Assembly: GCA_965231125.1 (NCBI GenBank)
Contig: OZ246414.1
Location: forward strand, 757,440 to 821,439
Direction of reading: 5' to 3'
DNA from: an uncultured Gammaproteobacteria bacterium
GTDB taxonomy: Bacteria > Patescibacteriota > Microgenomatia > Woykebacterales > RBG-16-39-9b
DNA: 64,000 bases
Below, piece after piece: positions 28,531 to 38,276 of this stretch. The notes beneath the pieces were generated by a model. That model did not search any database, was not told the origin of the DNA, and saw only the letters and a list, made by a program, of their open reading frames with translations. How positions within the stretch are numbered: the stretch's first letter is position 1; each line of letters starts with the position of its first letter. A program made the translations under genes and the position numbers.

Positions 28531-29796
28531 CTAATCCAAAATGGTGGAAATTTTAATAAGTTTTGCAGAATTCTCGGAGCGTTTTTTTACTTCGACAGAA
28601 TCTTCTTTAATAGTCTTCTCGCTTACTACCCAACGCTCGGGAATTCCGATAAGGTCCGCATCAGCAAGTTTCACTCCAGCCGATTCTTCTCGGTCGTCGT
28701 AAAGTACTTCGACGCCTTTTTTACTCAGTTTTTCAAAAATTTCATCCGCTTTTATACGAGCCTCCCCATCACCTAAGTTAATTAAATGAATTTCGTAAGG
28801 AGCAACCGACTGCGGCCAGATTATACCTGCCTCGTCGCTACTAACTTCGACAATTGCCGCCATTGAGCGAGTGATACCAATTCCGTAACTTCCTAAAAAC
28901 ACTGGTTTTTCTTTACCGTCTTTATTAGTGAATTTGAAACCCATCTGCTTGCTCATCGAATCCCCAAAACGGAAAATGTTACCAACCTCAATTGCGCGGC
29001 CCTCGTAGACAATGTGGTCGTGTCCAGAACCAGCACATTTTGGGCATTTGTCTCCAGCCGCAACAGTCGCAATCTCTTTATTTTGAGCAAAGCCACAACC
29101 TTTACCTTTGCAATAAAAAATCGTGTCTTCGCCACCTTCCGCAAGCACCTGAAACTCATGGGTGTGCTCTTTGGTAAAAACTCCTCCGGCCGCTTCAGTG
29201 TAGATTGTCGGCAGCCCCAGTCTGTCAAAGATTTTTTTATACGCTTTGGCCACCGTCTCGTAATACTCATCCAGTTCTTCTTTGCTTTTGGTGAATGAGT
29301 AAAGATCTTTCATTAAAAATTCTCGGCCCCGGATTAACCCACTTCTCGGCCTTGGCTCGTCTCGAAACTTTGTTTGGATTTGGTAAAGGTACGTTGGTAA
29401 ATCTTTGTAGGAGGAGACTCTTTCGCGAGCCAAAGCAATCATCGCCTCTTCGTGAGTAAAACCAAGACCAATTTCTTTTTCGGACGAGTCTTTTAGCTGG
29501 TACATGACTCCTTTCAATTTTTCCCAACGCCCAGTTTCTTCCCAAAGCTCGTGCGGCTGCAGAACACTCATGTAAACTTCTTGTCCGCCAACAGAGTTCA
29601 TTCCGTCCCGCACAACCCTCTTTATCTTTTCGATAACTCGGACCCCGAGCGGAAGAATTTCATAGACCCCGGCCATACGTTTATTGATAAAACCAGCCTT
29701 GGCTAAAAATTTTGCGTTTTTTGATGTTTCTTCAGAAGGAAAACTGCGGACGGTTTTTCCAAAAAGTTTGCTGTAGCGGATCTGTGAGTCTTGCAT
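28531..29796 (-). CDS. proS: prolyl-tRNA synthetase (short form without large editing insertion)
   Basis: 421 aa. Class II motif 2 FRDEPRPRSGLIRGREFLMKD. Motif 3 region GSYGIGITR. The zinc-binding CxxC pair is found in archaeal/eukaryotic-like ProRS. Confidence 0.9.
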   Translation of the reverse strand: MQDSQIRYSKLFGKTVRSFPSEETSKNAKFLAKAGFINKRMAGVYEILPLGVRVIEKIKRVVRDGMNSVGGQEVYMSVLQPHELWEETGRWEKLKGVMYQLKDSSEKEIGLGFTHEEAMIALARERVSSYKDLPTYLYQIQTKFRDEPRPRSGLIRGREFLMKDLYSFTKSKEELDEYYETVAKAYKKIFDRLGLPTIYTEAAGGVFTKEHTHEFQVLAEGGEDTIFYCKGKGCGFAQNKEIATVAAGDKCPKCAGSGHDHIVYEGRAIEVGNIFRFGDSMSKQMGFKFTNKDGKEKPVFLGSYGIGITRSMAAIVEVSSDEAGIIWPQSVAPYEIHLINLGDGEARIKADEIFEKLSKKGVEVLYDDREESAGVKLADADLIGIPERWVVSEKTIKEDSVEVKKRSENSAKLIKISTILD

Positions 29797-29849
29797 CTAT
29801 AACATTTAACCGCAAGGCCAGCGAAAAAGCAAGCAACTAAAAATGAGGC

Positions 29850-30983
29850 TTAAAAATAGTTGTGGATGTTAATAATGTCATTAAAGGCTACCAAAATAAA
29901 AAGAACAATTAGAAGAATAAAAAAGGCTCCGTGAATTACCCGTTCCAGCCTCGGGTTAATTTTTTTTCCAAACAAGGCTTCAGCCAGTATAAAATAAAAT
30001 CGGCCGCCGTCCAAAGCCGGAATCGGCAGTATATTTATAAACGACAGAACCAAACTGATTAGAGCCACAAGACTAATGATAGTGAAAGTTGCCGCCAGGC
30101 CGCCCAAACCAAGGAATTTGGCAAGTAGTGTAACAATCGCTATTGGGCCGGCGACATTCTTTGCTATAGGCGCAGCGGACTTTTCTTGGACCGATTTCCC
30201 AACCAAGCCGGAAATACCCACTATCTGAAATTGCAATGTATTGGCGGCCTGCATAAAACCGGCGAAGGCTTTCTCTGCGGGTCTGTCGAAACTTACCTGG
30301 GTAAAATCTCCGGCAAGAGCAACTCCGATGGCGCCCTGCCCCTTAGGCGGGCTAATTCGAGGAATAAGTTTTACGGCTCGTGTATTATTTTCCTTGATAT
30401 TTTGTAAGTCTAAGCTGACTTCTTCGCCAAGATGTTTTGAGATTAAATCTTTAAGAGCTACGGAATTTTCAATTGCTACGCCATCAAGAGATAAAATCTT
30501 GTCACCTTGCTTGACCCCGGCAAAATAGGCCGGGGAATCCTTATCGACATCGGCCACAAAAGTGTAATTTTGCTCTTCTCCGAATAGATAATGAATTTTA
30601 ATATCTGGTTGCTGCGTCGTTAATTTAAAACCATTAAATCCTAAAAGAATATAAAAAAGAAAAACAGCAAAAAGAAAATTAATTACAACGCCAGAGACAA
30701 CAACTATCAACCGAATCCACGGCGATTTTTTTTGAAAACTTGCTGGATCGTCACTCTCTTCTTCCTCGCCAAGAAGCCGCACAAAACCTCCGGCTGGTAT
30801 CCAGTTTATCGAGTAAACCGTCTCGCCGATTTTTTTACCCCAGGCCTTGGGCGGGAACCCAAAACCAAATTCCAAAACTTTTATACCAAAGATTTTTGCG
30901 GCAGTGAAATGCCCTAATTCGTGAATGAAAACGAGAAAAAGAAGAATTAATATTCCGACAATAATCGCGACAGCAATAGCCAT
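29850..30983 (-). CDS. rseP: RseP-like site-2 protease (M50 family) with PDZ domain
   Basis: 377 aa. HELGH in the first TM (FIHELGHFTAAKIFGIKV). Central PDZ (GDKILSLDGVAIEN). C-terminal LDGG motif. Confidence 0.85.
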   Translation of the reverse strand: MAIAVAIIVGILILLFLVFIHELGHFTAAKIFGIKVLEFGFGFPPKAWGKKIGETVYSINWIPAGGFVRLLGEEEESDDPASFQKKSPWIRLIVVVSGVVINFLFAVFLFYILLGFNGFKLTTQQPDIKIHYLFGEEQNYTFVADVDKDSPAYFAGVKQGDKILSLDGVAIENSVALKDLISKHLGEEVSLDLQNIKENNTRAVKLIPRISPPKGQGAIGVALAGDFTQVSFDRPAEKAFAGFMQAANTLQFQIVGISGLVGKSVQEKSAAPIAKNVAGPIAIVTLLAKFLGLGGLAATFTIISLVALISLVLSFINILPIPALDGGRFYFILAEALFGKKINPRLERVIHGAFFILLIVLFILVAFNDIINIHNYF

Positions 30984-31537
30984 TAGATCTGACTAAGTTC
31001 CGTTTCTTTAGATTTTAAAATAGATTCAATCTCTTTACCCACCTCATCTGTAACTTTTTGGACTTGCTCGTGCAACCTGTGTTTTTCGTCTTCCGATATT
31101 TCCTTGGATTTTTCTTTTTTATCAATATCTCCCATCGCCTCGTGGCGGACCGAACGAACCGCCACTCGAGCAGTTTCCACCTTTTCGTGAACCAACCTTG
31201 TTAGCTCTTTTCGTCTTTCTTCTGTTAATGCCGGTACCGGCACGCGGATAACGCCACCTTCCTCAATTGGATTTAGACCCATCCCCGCTTCACGAATAGA
31301 TTTAACAATCGAAGCAACGTTACCAGCATCCCAAGCTTGGACAATTAAAAGTCTAGGTTCCGGGGCATTGATAGAGGCAACGTCGCGGATGGCCATGGTA
31401 GATCCATAGGCTTCCACTTTGACCTGTTCAATTAAAGAAGGAACCGCACGCCCCGTCCGAACACTAGTCAGCTCTTGCTTAAGATGCTCAACCACCTTTT
31501 CCATTTTTTGCTTTGTGTCGGAAATTAATTGTTCCAT
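30983..31537 (-). CDS. frr: ribosome recycling factor
   Basis: 184 aa, typical RRF sequence (...VRTGRAVPSLIEQVKVEAYGSTMAIRDVASI...). Confidence 0.9.
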   Translation of the reverse strand: MEQLISDTKQKMEKVVEHLKQELTSVRTGRAVPSLIEQVKVEAYGSTMAIRDVASINAPEPRLLIVQAWDAGNVASIVKSIREAGMGLNPIEEGGVIRVPVPALTEERRKELTRLVHEKVETARVAVRSVRHEAMGDIDKKEKSKEISEDEKHRLHEQVQKVTDEVGKEIESILKSKETELSQI

Positions 31538-31563
31538 TATTAAGTAAGAGCCTGTCCAATTTT

Positions 31564-31655
31564 TGAGGCTTCACTGGCACAAGCGCCGATGACTATACTT
31601 ATAACTTGACTTAATTCGCGCGGATTTGAAGCCGAAAAAATTGTTGGCAGGCGAC
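31564..31655. repeat. 92-bp intergenic repeat family C, copy 2
   Basis: Exact match to 26072-26163. Lies between the tsf stop and the frr start. Confidence 0.85.
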
Positions 31656-31664
31656 TACTTCTAA

Positions 31665-32123
31665 TCACTCTCCAAGTGAAAATCTAGCAATTCTCTTAAT
31701 CTGAACATTTTCTCCAGTTTTCGTAATCACCTCGTCAACCAAATTTTTCACTGTCTTGCCAGGATCGCGAATGTATTCTTGCTTTAAAAGTTCTTCTTCG
31801 GTTGCGGGGTTCATTGCCGCCACCTGCATTGAGAGTTCTCTCGCCAGATTTTTGAATTCCTCGGTCTTGGCGACAAAATCCGTCTCGCAAGCTAAATATA
31901 CCATTGAACCCACTTTTCCGCCAGTGTGGACATAAGTTTCAATAACCCCCTGGGCTGTCTGACGCTCGGCCTTTTTAGCCACAATTTCGGCACCACGCGA
32001 TTTTATAATTTCTTTTGCCTTTTCAAAATTTCCCTCTGCCTCCATCAAGGCACGGCGGGCGTCCATCACACCTGCGCCAGTTTCGTCTCGTAGTTTTTTA
32101 ACTTGTTCGGCTGATATATCCAT
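31665..32123 (-). CDS. tsf: elongation factor Ts (short form)
   Basis: 152 aa. N-terminal UBA-like MDISAEQVKKLRDETGAGVMDARRALMEAEGNFEKA. Dimerisation core LACETDFVAKTEEF. Confidence 0.8.
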   Translation of the reverse strand: MDISAEQVKKLRDETGAGVMDARRALMEAEGNFEKAKEIIKSRGAEIVAKKAERQTAQGVIETYVHTGGKVGSMVYLACETDFVAKTEEFKNLARELSMQVAAMNPATEEELLKQEYIRDPGKTVKNLVDEVITKTGENVQIKRIARFSLGE

Positions 32124-32125
32124 AA

Positions 32126-32893
32126 TTATGAAGTTTCAACTGCCTGCCTCTTGGCTTCTTTCGCCTCTGCCCTCTCCTTCTCTTTTGTATCTTTATCTAA
32201 TTTTTTCTCAAAAATTCTGTGGCCTTCTTCGATCGCATCAGCAACCGCCTTAACAATTATAGAAATGGATTTTATAGCGTCGTCATTGGCCGGAATTGGG
32301 TAAGTTACTTTGGTTGGATCGGCATTTGTATCCACGATTGCGGCGACAGGAACTCCCATTTTTGAGGCTTCTCGCACGGCGTTGTCTTCCTTTCTAGAAT
32401 CCACAACAAACAAAGCATCCGGCAACTTTTCTAAACTGCGCACCCCGCCAATAAATTCTTTAAGTTTGGCAATTTCCTTTTGGATCAAAAGTTGTTCTTT
32501 TTTTGTTAGGCCCAAGCTTTGCGCCTCTTTTAACTCTTCTTCAAGTTTTGGAAGTTTTTGAATAGTTTTTTGGACCGATTCCCAGTTGGTTAAAATCCCC
32601 CCAACCCAGCGATGGGTTAAATAAAGCGCGCCTACTCTTTCTGCTTCACCTTTGACGATTTCGGCTGCTTGTTTTTTGGTGGCAACAAAAATTACTGTCC
32701 CGCCGCGGCTGGCAATTTCTTTCAAAAATTCAGCCGCTTCTTTCAGCCGCGTCTCCGTCTGTTCCAAATCAATAATATGAATTCCCTCTTTCGAGGAAAA
32801 TATGTAGCTGCCCATTTTTGGGTTCCACCGTTTGGTTTGGTGGCCAAAATGCGCCCCTGCTTCCAAAAGATCTTTTAAAGTTGGTAACTTCAT
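32126..32893 (-). CDS. rpsB: 30S ribosomal protein S2
   Basis: 255 aa. LLEAGAHFGHQTKRWNPKM is the uS2 signature. Confidence 0.9.
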   Translation of the reverse strand: MKLPTLKDLLEAGAHFGHQTKRWNPKMGSYIFSSKEGIHIIDLEQTETRLKEAAEFLKEIASRGGTVIFVATKKQAAEIVKGEAERVGALYLTHRWVGGILTNWESVQKTIQKLPKLEEELKEAQSLGLTKKEQLLIQKEIAKLKEFIGGVRSLEKLPDALFVVDSRKEDNAVREASKMGVPVAAIVDTNADPTKVTYPIPANDDAIKSISIIVKAVADAIEEGHRIFEKKLDKDTKEKERAEAKEAKRQAVETS

Positions 32894-33077
32894 AAACTGA
32901 AAACGCCCTTTTTGACCTCCGCCTAGAATGTCGCCTGTCTTGTTAAATAAGAAACGAGGCGCAGGGTGTAAACGCTAGACGTGTGAACTAGAAATTTTAG
33001 TATATCAAGTTTTGTCAAGTAGATACAGCTTGATAAGATTGGGCAAAGTAAGAGTCGTAGAGGGGTTATCCATAAAA

Positions 33078-33452
33078 TTACAAATAACCCCTCTTTCTCA
33101 TGACTGCGATTGCCTGAGCTGTAGCAGGTGCCAGATTGAGAGTTTCCGGCTCATTAGTCCACATCAACTCAGCGAGCTCTGTCCCAAGCGTAAACTTGCC
33201 TCTAAAAGCCACCCTATAGACAATTAGCATTATCAGATACCCACTACTTGGAGCAAAGTCTCGATATATTCCTATAAGCGAAGTCCCCGTTACTTTTAGC
33301 CCCGACAATTCTTCATTTATCTCTCGAACCAAACCGTACTCTGGAGTTTCGTCCTCCTTCAACTTACCTCCAGGAAAGATCCATGTATCGTCTTTCCTAA
33401 CAAGTAAGATTTCTCCCTTACGGATAATTGCCGCACCAACGACAAGTTCCAC
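33078..33452 (-). CDS. NUDIX hydrolase
   Basis: 124 aa. Nudix box GGKLKEDETPEYGLVREINEELSG (GX5EX7REUXEEXGU). Confidence 0.75.
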   Translation of the reverse strand: MELVVGAAIIRKGEILLVRKDDTWIFPGGKLKEDETPEYGLVREINEELSGLKVTGTSLIGIYRDFAPSSGYLIMLIVYRVAFRGKFTLGTELAELMWTNEPETLNLAPATAQAIAVMRKRGYL

Positions 33453-33640
33453 AGCAGCCCTCTCCTTTCTTGGTAACTGTTACCTCCCCACCTTAGGAAG
33501 GTAAGCTGGACCCGAAAACCCACCTTAGGTAATCAGGTGCAACTGTCTTCCTACGATGCGCGGATTATAGCGCTATAGGTTCAAAAAGTCAATCCTCCAC
33601 CCCAATAGTCCAATATACCAGTATATTGGACTTAATGAGG

Positions 33641-34300
33641 TTAAATCATGTGTCGTTTTTTTAAAACTTTTAAAATTTCTTTGTGAATTTTTTCTTTGGG
33701 CCGCATAAGCCCGTTTTTACTTACACAATTTATCCTCGCCCAATGTTTGAACCCGCTAGCGAGTTTTTCGTACATCTGCCCGGATTTATCTAAAAATTCG
33801 CTGTCTTTTTCGTGAAGGTCTTGCCGGCCTCGTTTTTTTGTAAGAGCCTTCGAAGCAGAAGTCGGCACATGCAGGTAGATAACCAGATCTTCTTTGGGAA
33901 TTTTATTTATTTTATACTCAAGCTCTGTAACCCACTTTAAAAAATCCTCTTGCGCGTCTTCTGGTAGCTTCGCCGCTTGATGAGCCATGTTGGAAGTGGC
34001 GTAGCGGTTTGCCAAAATTATTTTGCCCTCGCGAAGCCACGCGTTCATTTCCCTTTTTGCACTCGCTCTGTCCAAAGCGTAAGCAAGAGAAATTAAATAA
34101 GGGCTAACGGAGTTTACTTCTCCGAACTCTCCGGCTAGATATTTTGCCACAGTCCTCGCGTGAAAACTTTCCGCGTAGCGGGGAAAATCGATTGTTTCAA
34201 CTGAGTAATTATTTTTCTCTAAGTAGTGTTTTAAGATTGAAAGCTGGGTAGTTTTCCCACTACCATCCGTGCCTTCAATAACTATTAATTTTCCTCTCAT
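33641..34300 (-). CDS. tmk: thymidylate kinase
   Basis: 219 aa. MRGKLIVIEGTDGSGKTTQ P-loop and DFPRY motif. Confidence 0.85.
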   Translation of the reverse strand: MRGKLIVIEGTDGSGKTTQLSILKHYLEKNNYSVETIDFPRYAESFHARTVAKYLAGEFGEVNSVSPYLISLAYALDRASAKREMNAWLREGKIILANRYATSNMAHQAAKLPEDAQEDFLKWVTELEYKINKIPKEDLVIYLHVPTSASKALTKKRGRQDLHEKDSEFLDKSGQMYEKLASGFKHWARINCVSKNGLMRPKEKIHKEILKVLKKRHMI

Positions 34301-34353
34301 GGGTGGATTTTACTTGAAAAATTAAGAGTATTCAAGAAGTTGGGATAACTAAG

Positions 34354-35298
34354 TTAAAACCCTCCGACGACGGTTACTTCGGCTTTTATAGAAGGGTGGG
34401 GATCGTAGTTTTCGATTTCAATATCTTCAAATTTAAAATCATCAATGCTCTTTATTTCTGGGTTGAGCTTTAGAGTTGGAAATTGCTTTGGCTCTCGTGT
34501 CAGCTGCTCTTTCACAGCGTCAAAATGATTTTCGTAAATATGGACATCACCCCAAGCCAAAATAAATTCACCAACTGCTAGGCCCGCCACTTGAGCAATC
34601 ATATGAGTAAGCAATGAATAACTGGCAATGTTAAACGGCACGCCTAAGAAAACGTCCGCGCTTCTCATGTAAAGCTCCAGCGAAAGCCGGTTCTTGTCAT
34701 CAACATTCAGGTGGAAAAACGTGTGACAAGCCGGCAGTACCACGGATTGTCCGGGAAGAGCCATCTCGTAAATATACTCTGGGTTCCAAGCCGAAACTAA
34801 AATGTGCTTTCTTTGCGGTGTCTTTTTAAGTTTTTCAATTGCCCAGGCAAGCTGGTCTATTTTTCGTCCATCGGAAGCTTTCCAAGCTCTCCAATTCACT
34901 CCGTAAACTGGCCCTAAATCACCCCATTTTTTTGCAAATTTACTGTCACTCTTTATTTTCTGGATAAATTCTTCTTGGGTCATTTCTTGAACCTCACCAT
35001 TTTCCATTTTCTTACCATAACCTTTATAAGCCCACTCGTTCCATATGTGCACGTCTCTGTCTACCAAATATTTTATGTTCGGATCACCCTTCAAAAACCA
35101 CAGGAGCTCATGGGTTATGCCTCTCATAAAAACTTTTTTGGTTGTTAGCAACGGAAAACCTTGGGAAAGATCAAAACGAATCATTCGGCCGAAGACACTT
35201 CTAATCCCAATACCGGAGTTGAATTCACGTTTAAGGTGCCCATTCTTAAGAATGTCTTTTAACAGATCTAGGTATTGTTGTTCCGGATGATCTTTCAT
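34354..35298 (-). CDS. thyA: thymidylate synthase (ThyA type)
   Basis: 314 aa. Catalytic-Cys motif LPACHTFFHLNV. Also RSADVFLGVPFNIASYSLLTHMIA and GDVHIY. Confidence 0.9.
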   Translation of the reverse strand: MKDHPEQQYLDLLKDILKNGHLKREFNSGIGIRSVFGRMIRFDLSQGFPLLTTKKVFMRGITHELLWFLKGDPNIKYLVDRDVHIWNEWAYKGYGKKMENGEVQEMTQEEFIQKIKSDSKFAKKWGDLGPVYGVNWRAWKASDGRKIDQLAWAIEKLKKTPQRKHILVSAWNPEYIYEMALPGQSVVLPACHTFFHLNVDDKNRLSLELYMRSADVFLGVPFNIASYSLLTHMIAQVAGLAVGEFILAWGDVHIYENHFDAVKEQLTREPKQFPTLKLNPEIKSIDDFKFEDIEIENYDPHPSIKAEVTVVGGF

Positions 35299-35326
35299 TT
35301 TTTACTTTTTACTTTTGCCTTTTTAC

Positions 35327-35866
35327 TTAAACCTGTTTCTCTTCCCCTTTCGTCGTCACTCGACCGCCTTGCCATTGGCCTCGATAAGCGGCGCCTTTGC
35401 CCGCAATTTCGTAGAAAATTATGTGGGCCACTCTGGCACCAAGTTCTACTTTAAAAGAGGAGCTTCCCATATTCTTCAGACCGAAAGTCAAAATTCCTTT
35501 ATATCCTGGAGCAACTTGCGTCGACAGTAACCAGACGCCACTACGCAACAGCGTAGAGCGCGGATACGGAATAGCGACTACATTTTCCGGCAAATTTATT
35601 TTCTCGACTGTCTGCATCAAGTAAAACTTTTCCGGTTTTATTGTGAACGTGGAGGAGGCTTCTGGATCATATTTGGCGACGGATTCGTGATCCACAGTAT
35701 TACGCTTTTCCAGACCGAGGAAAGTCTCACCCTTGATTTTGAAAAGTTCGCCCAGCCGAAAATCCAGCCCGGCTCCTTCTGGGTTTTCGAGATCCCGCTC
35801 ACCCAAACCCTCAACGAGTTTAACCTCTTTGATTAAATTTTTAATAGTTTCTTGGCTTAAAACCAT
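35327..35866 (-). CDS. dUTPase/dCTP-deaminase superfamily protein (dUTPase-like paralog 2)
   Basis: 179 aa. YPRSTLLRSGV (dUTPase motif 2-like), APGYKG (motif 3-like), RVAHIIF (motif 4-like), and a Gly-rich C-terminal tail. It lacks the Dcd catalytic Glu equivalent. Confidence 0.5.
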   Translation of the reverse strand: MVLSQETIKNLIKEVKLVEGLGERDLENPEGAGLDFRLGELFKIKGETFLGLEKRNTVDHESVAKYDPEASSTFTIKPEKFYLMQTVEKINLPENVVAIPYPRSTLLRSGVWLLSTQVAPGYKGILTFGLKNMGSSSFKVELGARVAHIIFYEIAGKGAAYRGQWQGGRVTTKGEEKQV

Positions 35867-35936
35867 AATTTACCTCTTCTGTCATTCTCGCGAAAGCGAG
35901 GATCTGGATTCTCAGTCAAGCCGAGAATGACAAAAT

Positions 35937-36410
35937 TTAAAGTTTACTTGCCTCGGGTTTTGTATGGTCGTATCTTGAACTGTACCCCGAAACCGATTTA
36001 TCAACTTCCTCAAAAATTATCTGGCAGATTGAAAGTCCACTTTTAAGCAAAATAGGTTTGCGCGAAAGGTTTTTCAAAGTTAGTATTGGCCGGCCGGAAT
36101 AATTTGGCGGCAAAAGATCCGCTTCAAAAATAGTTAGAACACCAAGACGAGCCAAGGATGATTTGGACACTAGCCTACCGATTAAGTTCCCAGGAAGAGT
36201 TACTTTTTCGGCGGTATTGGTGAGCAAAAACTCATCCAGCGAAAAATGGTAGTCGGAGAGATCCACCTCTTCTCCAGAATCAGGTAGAAGGGCGGTCTGC
36301 CCCAGATGCAAATCCACACTTACAAAACGGACGTTGTCCGCTTCGTACGGATCGATTTTTAATTTTCCTTCTTTTATTAAATTTTTGATGGTTTCCCCAG
36401 ATAATACCAT
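35937..36410 (-). CDS. dUTPase/dCTP-deaminase superfamily protein (dUTPase-like paralog 1)
   Basis: 157 aa. The N-terminus MVLSGETIKNLIKEGKLKIDP parallels that of Dcd. VSKSSLARLGV, PPNYSGRP and SICQIIF are dUTPase-like motifs. Confidence 0.5.
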   Translation of the reverse strand: MVLSGETIKNLIKEGKLKIDPYEADNVRFVSVDLHLGQTALLPDSGEEVDLSDYHFSLDEFLLTNTAEKVTLPGNLIGRLVSKSSLARLGVLTIFEADLLPPNYSGRPILTLKNLSRKPILLKSGLSICQIIFEEVDKSVSGYSSRYDHTKPEASKL

Positions 36411-36439
36411 GGTTAATCAGTTAATCCGCTTGCCCGACA

Positions 36440-36514
36440 TTAGACCACAAAGTGGTCGCAGCACGCGGAGTATTCGGCTTCGGCACGAAGTGCGGAAGGC
36501 ATAGAATACGAGCG
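36440..36514. repeat. 75-nt intergenic palindromic repeat family A, full copy
   Basis: Near-identical to 18061-18135. Lies between the dUTPase-like paralog start and the dcd stop. Confidence 0.8.
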
Positions 36515-36516
36515 GG

Positions 36517-37116
36517 CTATTTTACCTCCTTGAGTTTCTTCTGGGCTGAAAACTCTTCTCCCAACTTACTAGCGATTGGGGTCTTCTGACCAATGTACTT
36601 GGCCCCTTTTCTTTTTCGATAAGGATTTTCAACTGGGGAAGAAACTTGTTCGAAAGTGAAAGAACAGATTCTCATACCAGGATAAAGTGCCACCGGCATT
36701 ACGCCAATATTTCCCAGTTCCATCACTGGTCTCCCTTTCCACCCCGGGTCGAAACGGGCGGCAGTTGAATGAACTATAATTCCCAAACGACCCAGACTAC
36801 TGCGACCCTCGAGCCGTCCCAGCAAATCATCAGAAATCGAAAGATCCTCCACCGTTGTCGCCAAGCAAAACTCTCCCGGCCGCATAATAAAAGCTTCGTT
36901 TTTGCCAACAACTATTTCTTTCATGATCTCGCCGGCGGCAGACATATTCCTTGGATCTATATAAGGGTACTTAGAATGGTTAAAAATCTTAAAGGTGCTG
37001 CCTAAGTGAAAATCGATTGAACAACTACCGAGTTGTACAGAAAGGTTGGGCTGCGGAGTAATCTTAATTTTTCCTTCTTTAATTGACTTGCGTATGTCCG
37101 TATCAGAAAGAATCAT
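36517..37116 (-). CDS. dcd: dCTP deaminase
   Basis: 199 aa, colinear with E. coli Dcd. Shared blocks include IDFHLG, GRLEGRSSLGRLGIIVH, DPGWKGRPVMELGN (catalytic Glu present) and YPGMRICSFTFE. Confidence 0.8.
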   Translation of the reverse strand: MILSDTDIRKSIKEGKIKITPQPNLSVQLGSCSIDFHLGSTFKIFNHSKYPYIDPRNMSAAGEIMKEIVVGKNEAFIMRPGEFCLATTVEDLSISDDLLGRLEGRSSLGRLGIIVHSTAARFDPGWKGRPVMELGNIGVMPVALYPGMRICSFTFEQVSSPVENPYRKRKGAKYIGQKTPIASKLGEEFSAQKKLKEVK

Positions 37117-37242
37117 TTGGATTTTTATATTAACAACGGATTAAATTAATAACAAGAGGATCAAAATAGGTCAGAAAAAGTAGGAGCCACGCGGGAGTGC
37201 GGAACGTGGCCCCTATACAATCGCGATCTTGTCTATAGGAGG

Positions 37243-37677
37243 CTAAGGATCCCTCGGGGTGCTGAATAGGGTGAGGACTTGTGACACCTCGAAGGACGGT
37301 CCATCCCCTACCACCAGAAGATCGGCGTCTTCGTCTGTAAGAGCTTCCGCCTTCTTTGATAGAGCGTCGTGGCGCTTGTTCATCTCCTTACCCTTGAAAC
37401 GGTTAACATGGCACCAGACGCGGGCTGGGTGTTCTGGGTGTCCGTGTAGAGAAAGGCACAATTTGTGTGGAACAGACGCCGGCCGCAGGCCGCGTATCCG
37501 TCCAAAGGGTATGTCGCGCACCTCCCCACACGCCCTGACCGCTATGTAATCCAGCCTTTCAACGACCGGAAGTTCGCTCAAAGTGTTAACCTCCTCGTTA
37601 TCTCCCGTGATAAGCACTCCCTCATGGCTTGAACAGCCTGATTTGTCTATTATATATAAACAAATCACACCATTCAA
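37243..37677 (-). CDS. hypothetical protein (G+C higher than flanks)
   Basis: 144 aa ORF with no recognisable family. Gene status uncertain. Confidence 0.25.
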   Translation of the reverse strand: MNGVICLYIIDKSGCSSHEGVLITGDNEEVNTLSELPVVERLDYIAVRACGEVRDIPFGRIRGLRPASVPHKLCLSLHGHPEHPARVWCHVNRFKGKEMNKRHDALSKKAEALTDEDADLLVVGDGPSFEVSQVLTLFSTPRDP

Positions 37678-37721
37678 GCAAGCAACTTATACTCTAAGAA
37701 TTTTACAGGATGATGTCAAAT

Positions 37722-37768
37722 TTTAGAAAAAATTGCGGGGTGAAGTTTTCGAATTTTCTTCACCCCGC
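37722..37768 (-). terminator. rho-independent terminator for the small membrane gene at 37776-37979
   Basis: Perfect 11-bp stem gcggggtgaag / cttcaccccgc. On the minus strand it is followed by ttttttct. Confidence 0.55.
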
Positions 37769-37775
37769 TTCTGCT

Positions 37776-37979
37776 TCAGATTTCGGACCGTGCCACCACC
37801 ACAGACAAAAAGGCGAAAAATATCGCCAAAAGGAACGCCGTGACAACATCCGCCCTCATCCAGGCCTGTGAATCGTGCACAATTGTTGTCTCACCAGCGA
37901 GTGCCAAAGCACTCAGAACACCAATGATAAGATAACCAGCTGCGCCAAGAGCTGATATAGCCACTCCCCATGTCTTCAT
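37776..37979 (-). CDS. small membrane protein (hypothetical)
   Basis: 67 aa with two TM helices. An additional unlisted ~44-aa TM ORF lies just upstream on the same strand (~38001-38135). Confidence 0.35.
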   Translation of the reverse strand: MKTWGVAISALGAAGYLIIGVLSALALAGETTIVHDSQAWMRADVVTAFLLAIFFAFLSVVVARSEI

Positions 37980-38276
37980 CGACCCCTCCTTTCTGTCAAT
38001 TACTTTCCTTGACTTGCTTCTTGTAGCGCCTGCGCTGCATGGGTTATCCCGTGAAACCCAGGCGTGTTAAAGGCCAGCACTGCGAGGACGATGAAAATCA
38101 CCAGTGCGCTGACCAACGCTAGTCTTGCAAACATCTCTCTCCCCCTCTTTTTTTAGTAGGATCTCGCGACCCCCTCTCTAAAAATTTTAGACAAAATTGC
38201 TAGAGAGGAGGGCCGGACAATTTCTGCTGAAAGCAGTGTCCGGCCCACGACCTGTTTTGGGAGGCAGGTCTTTTCG

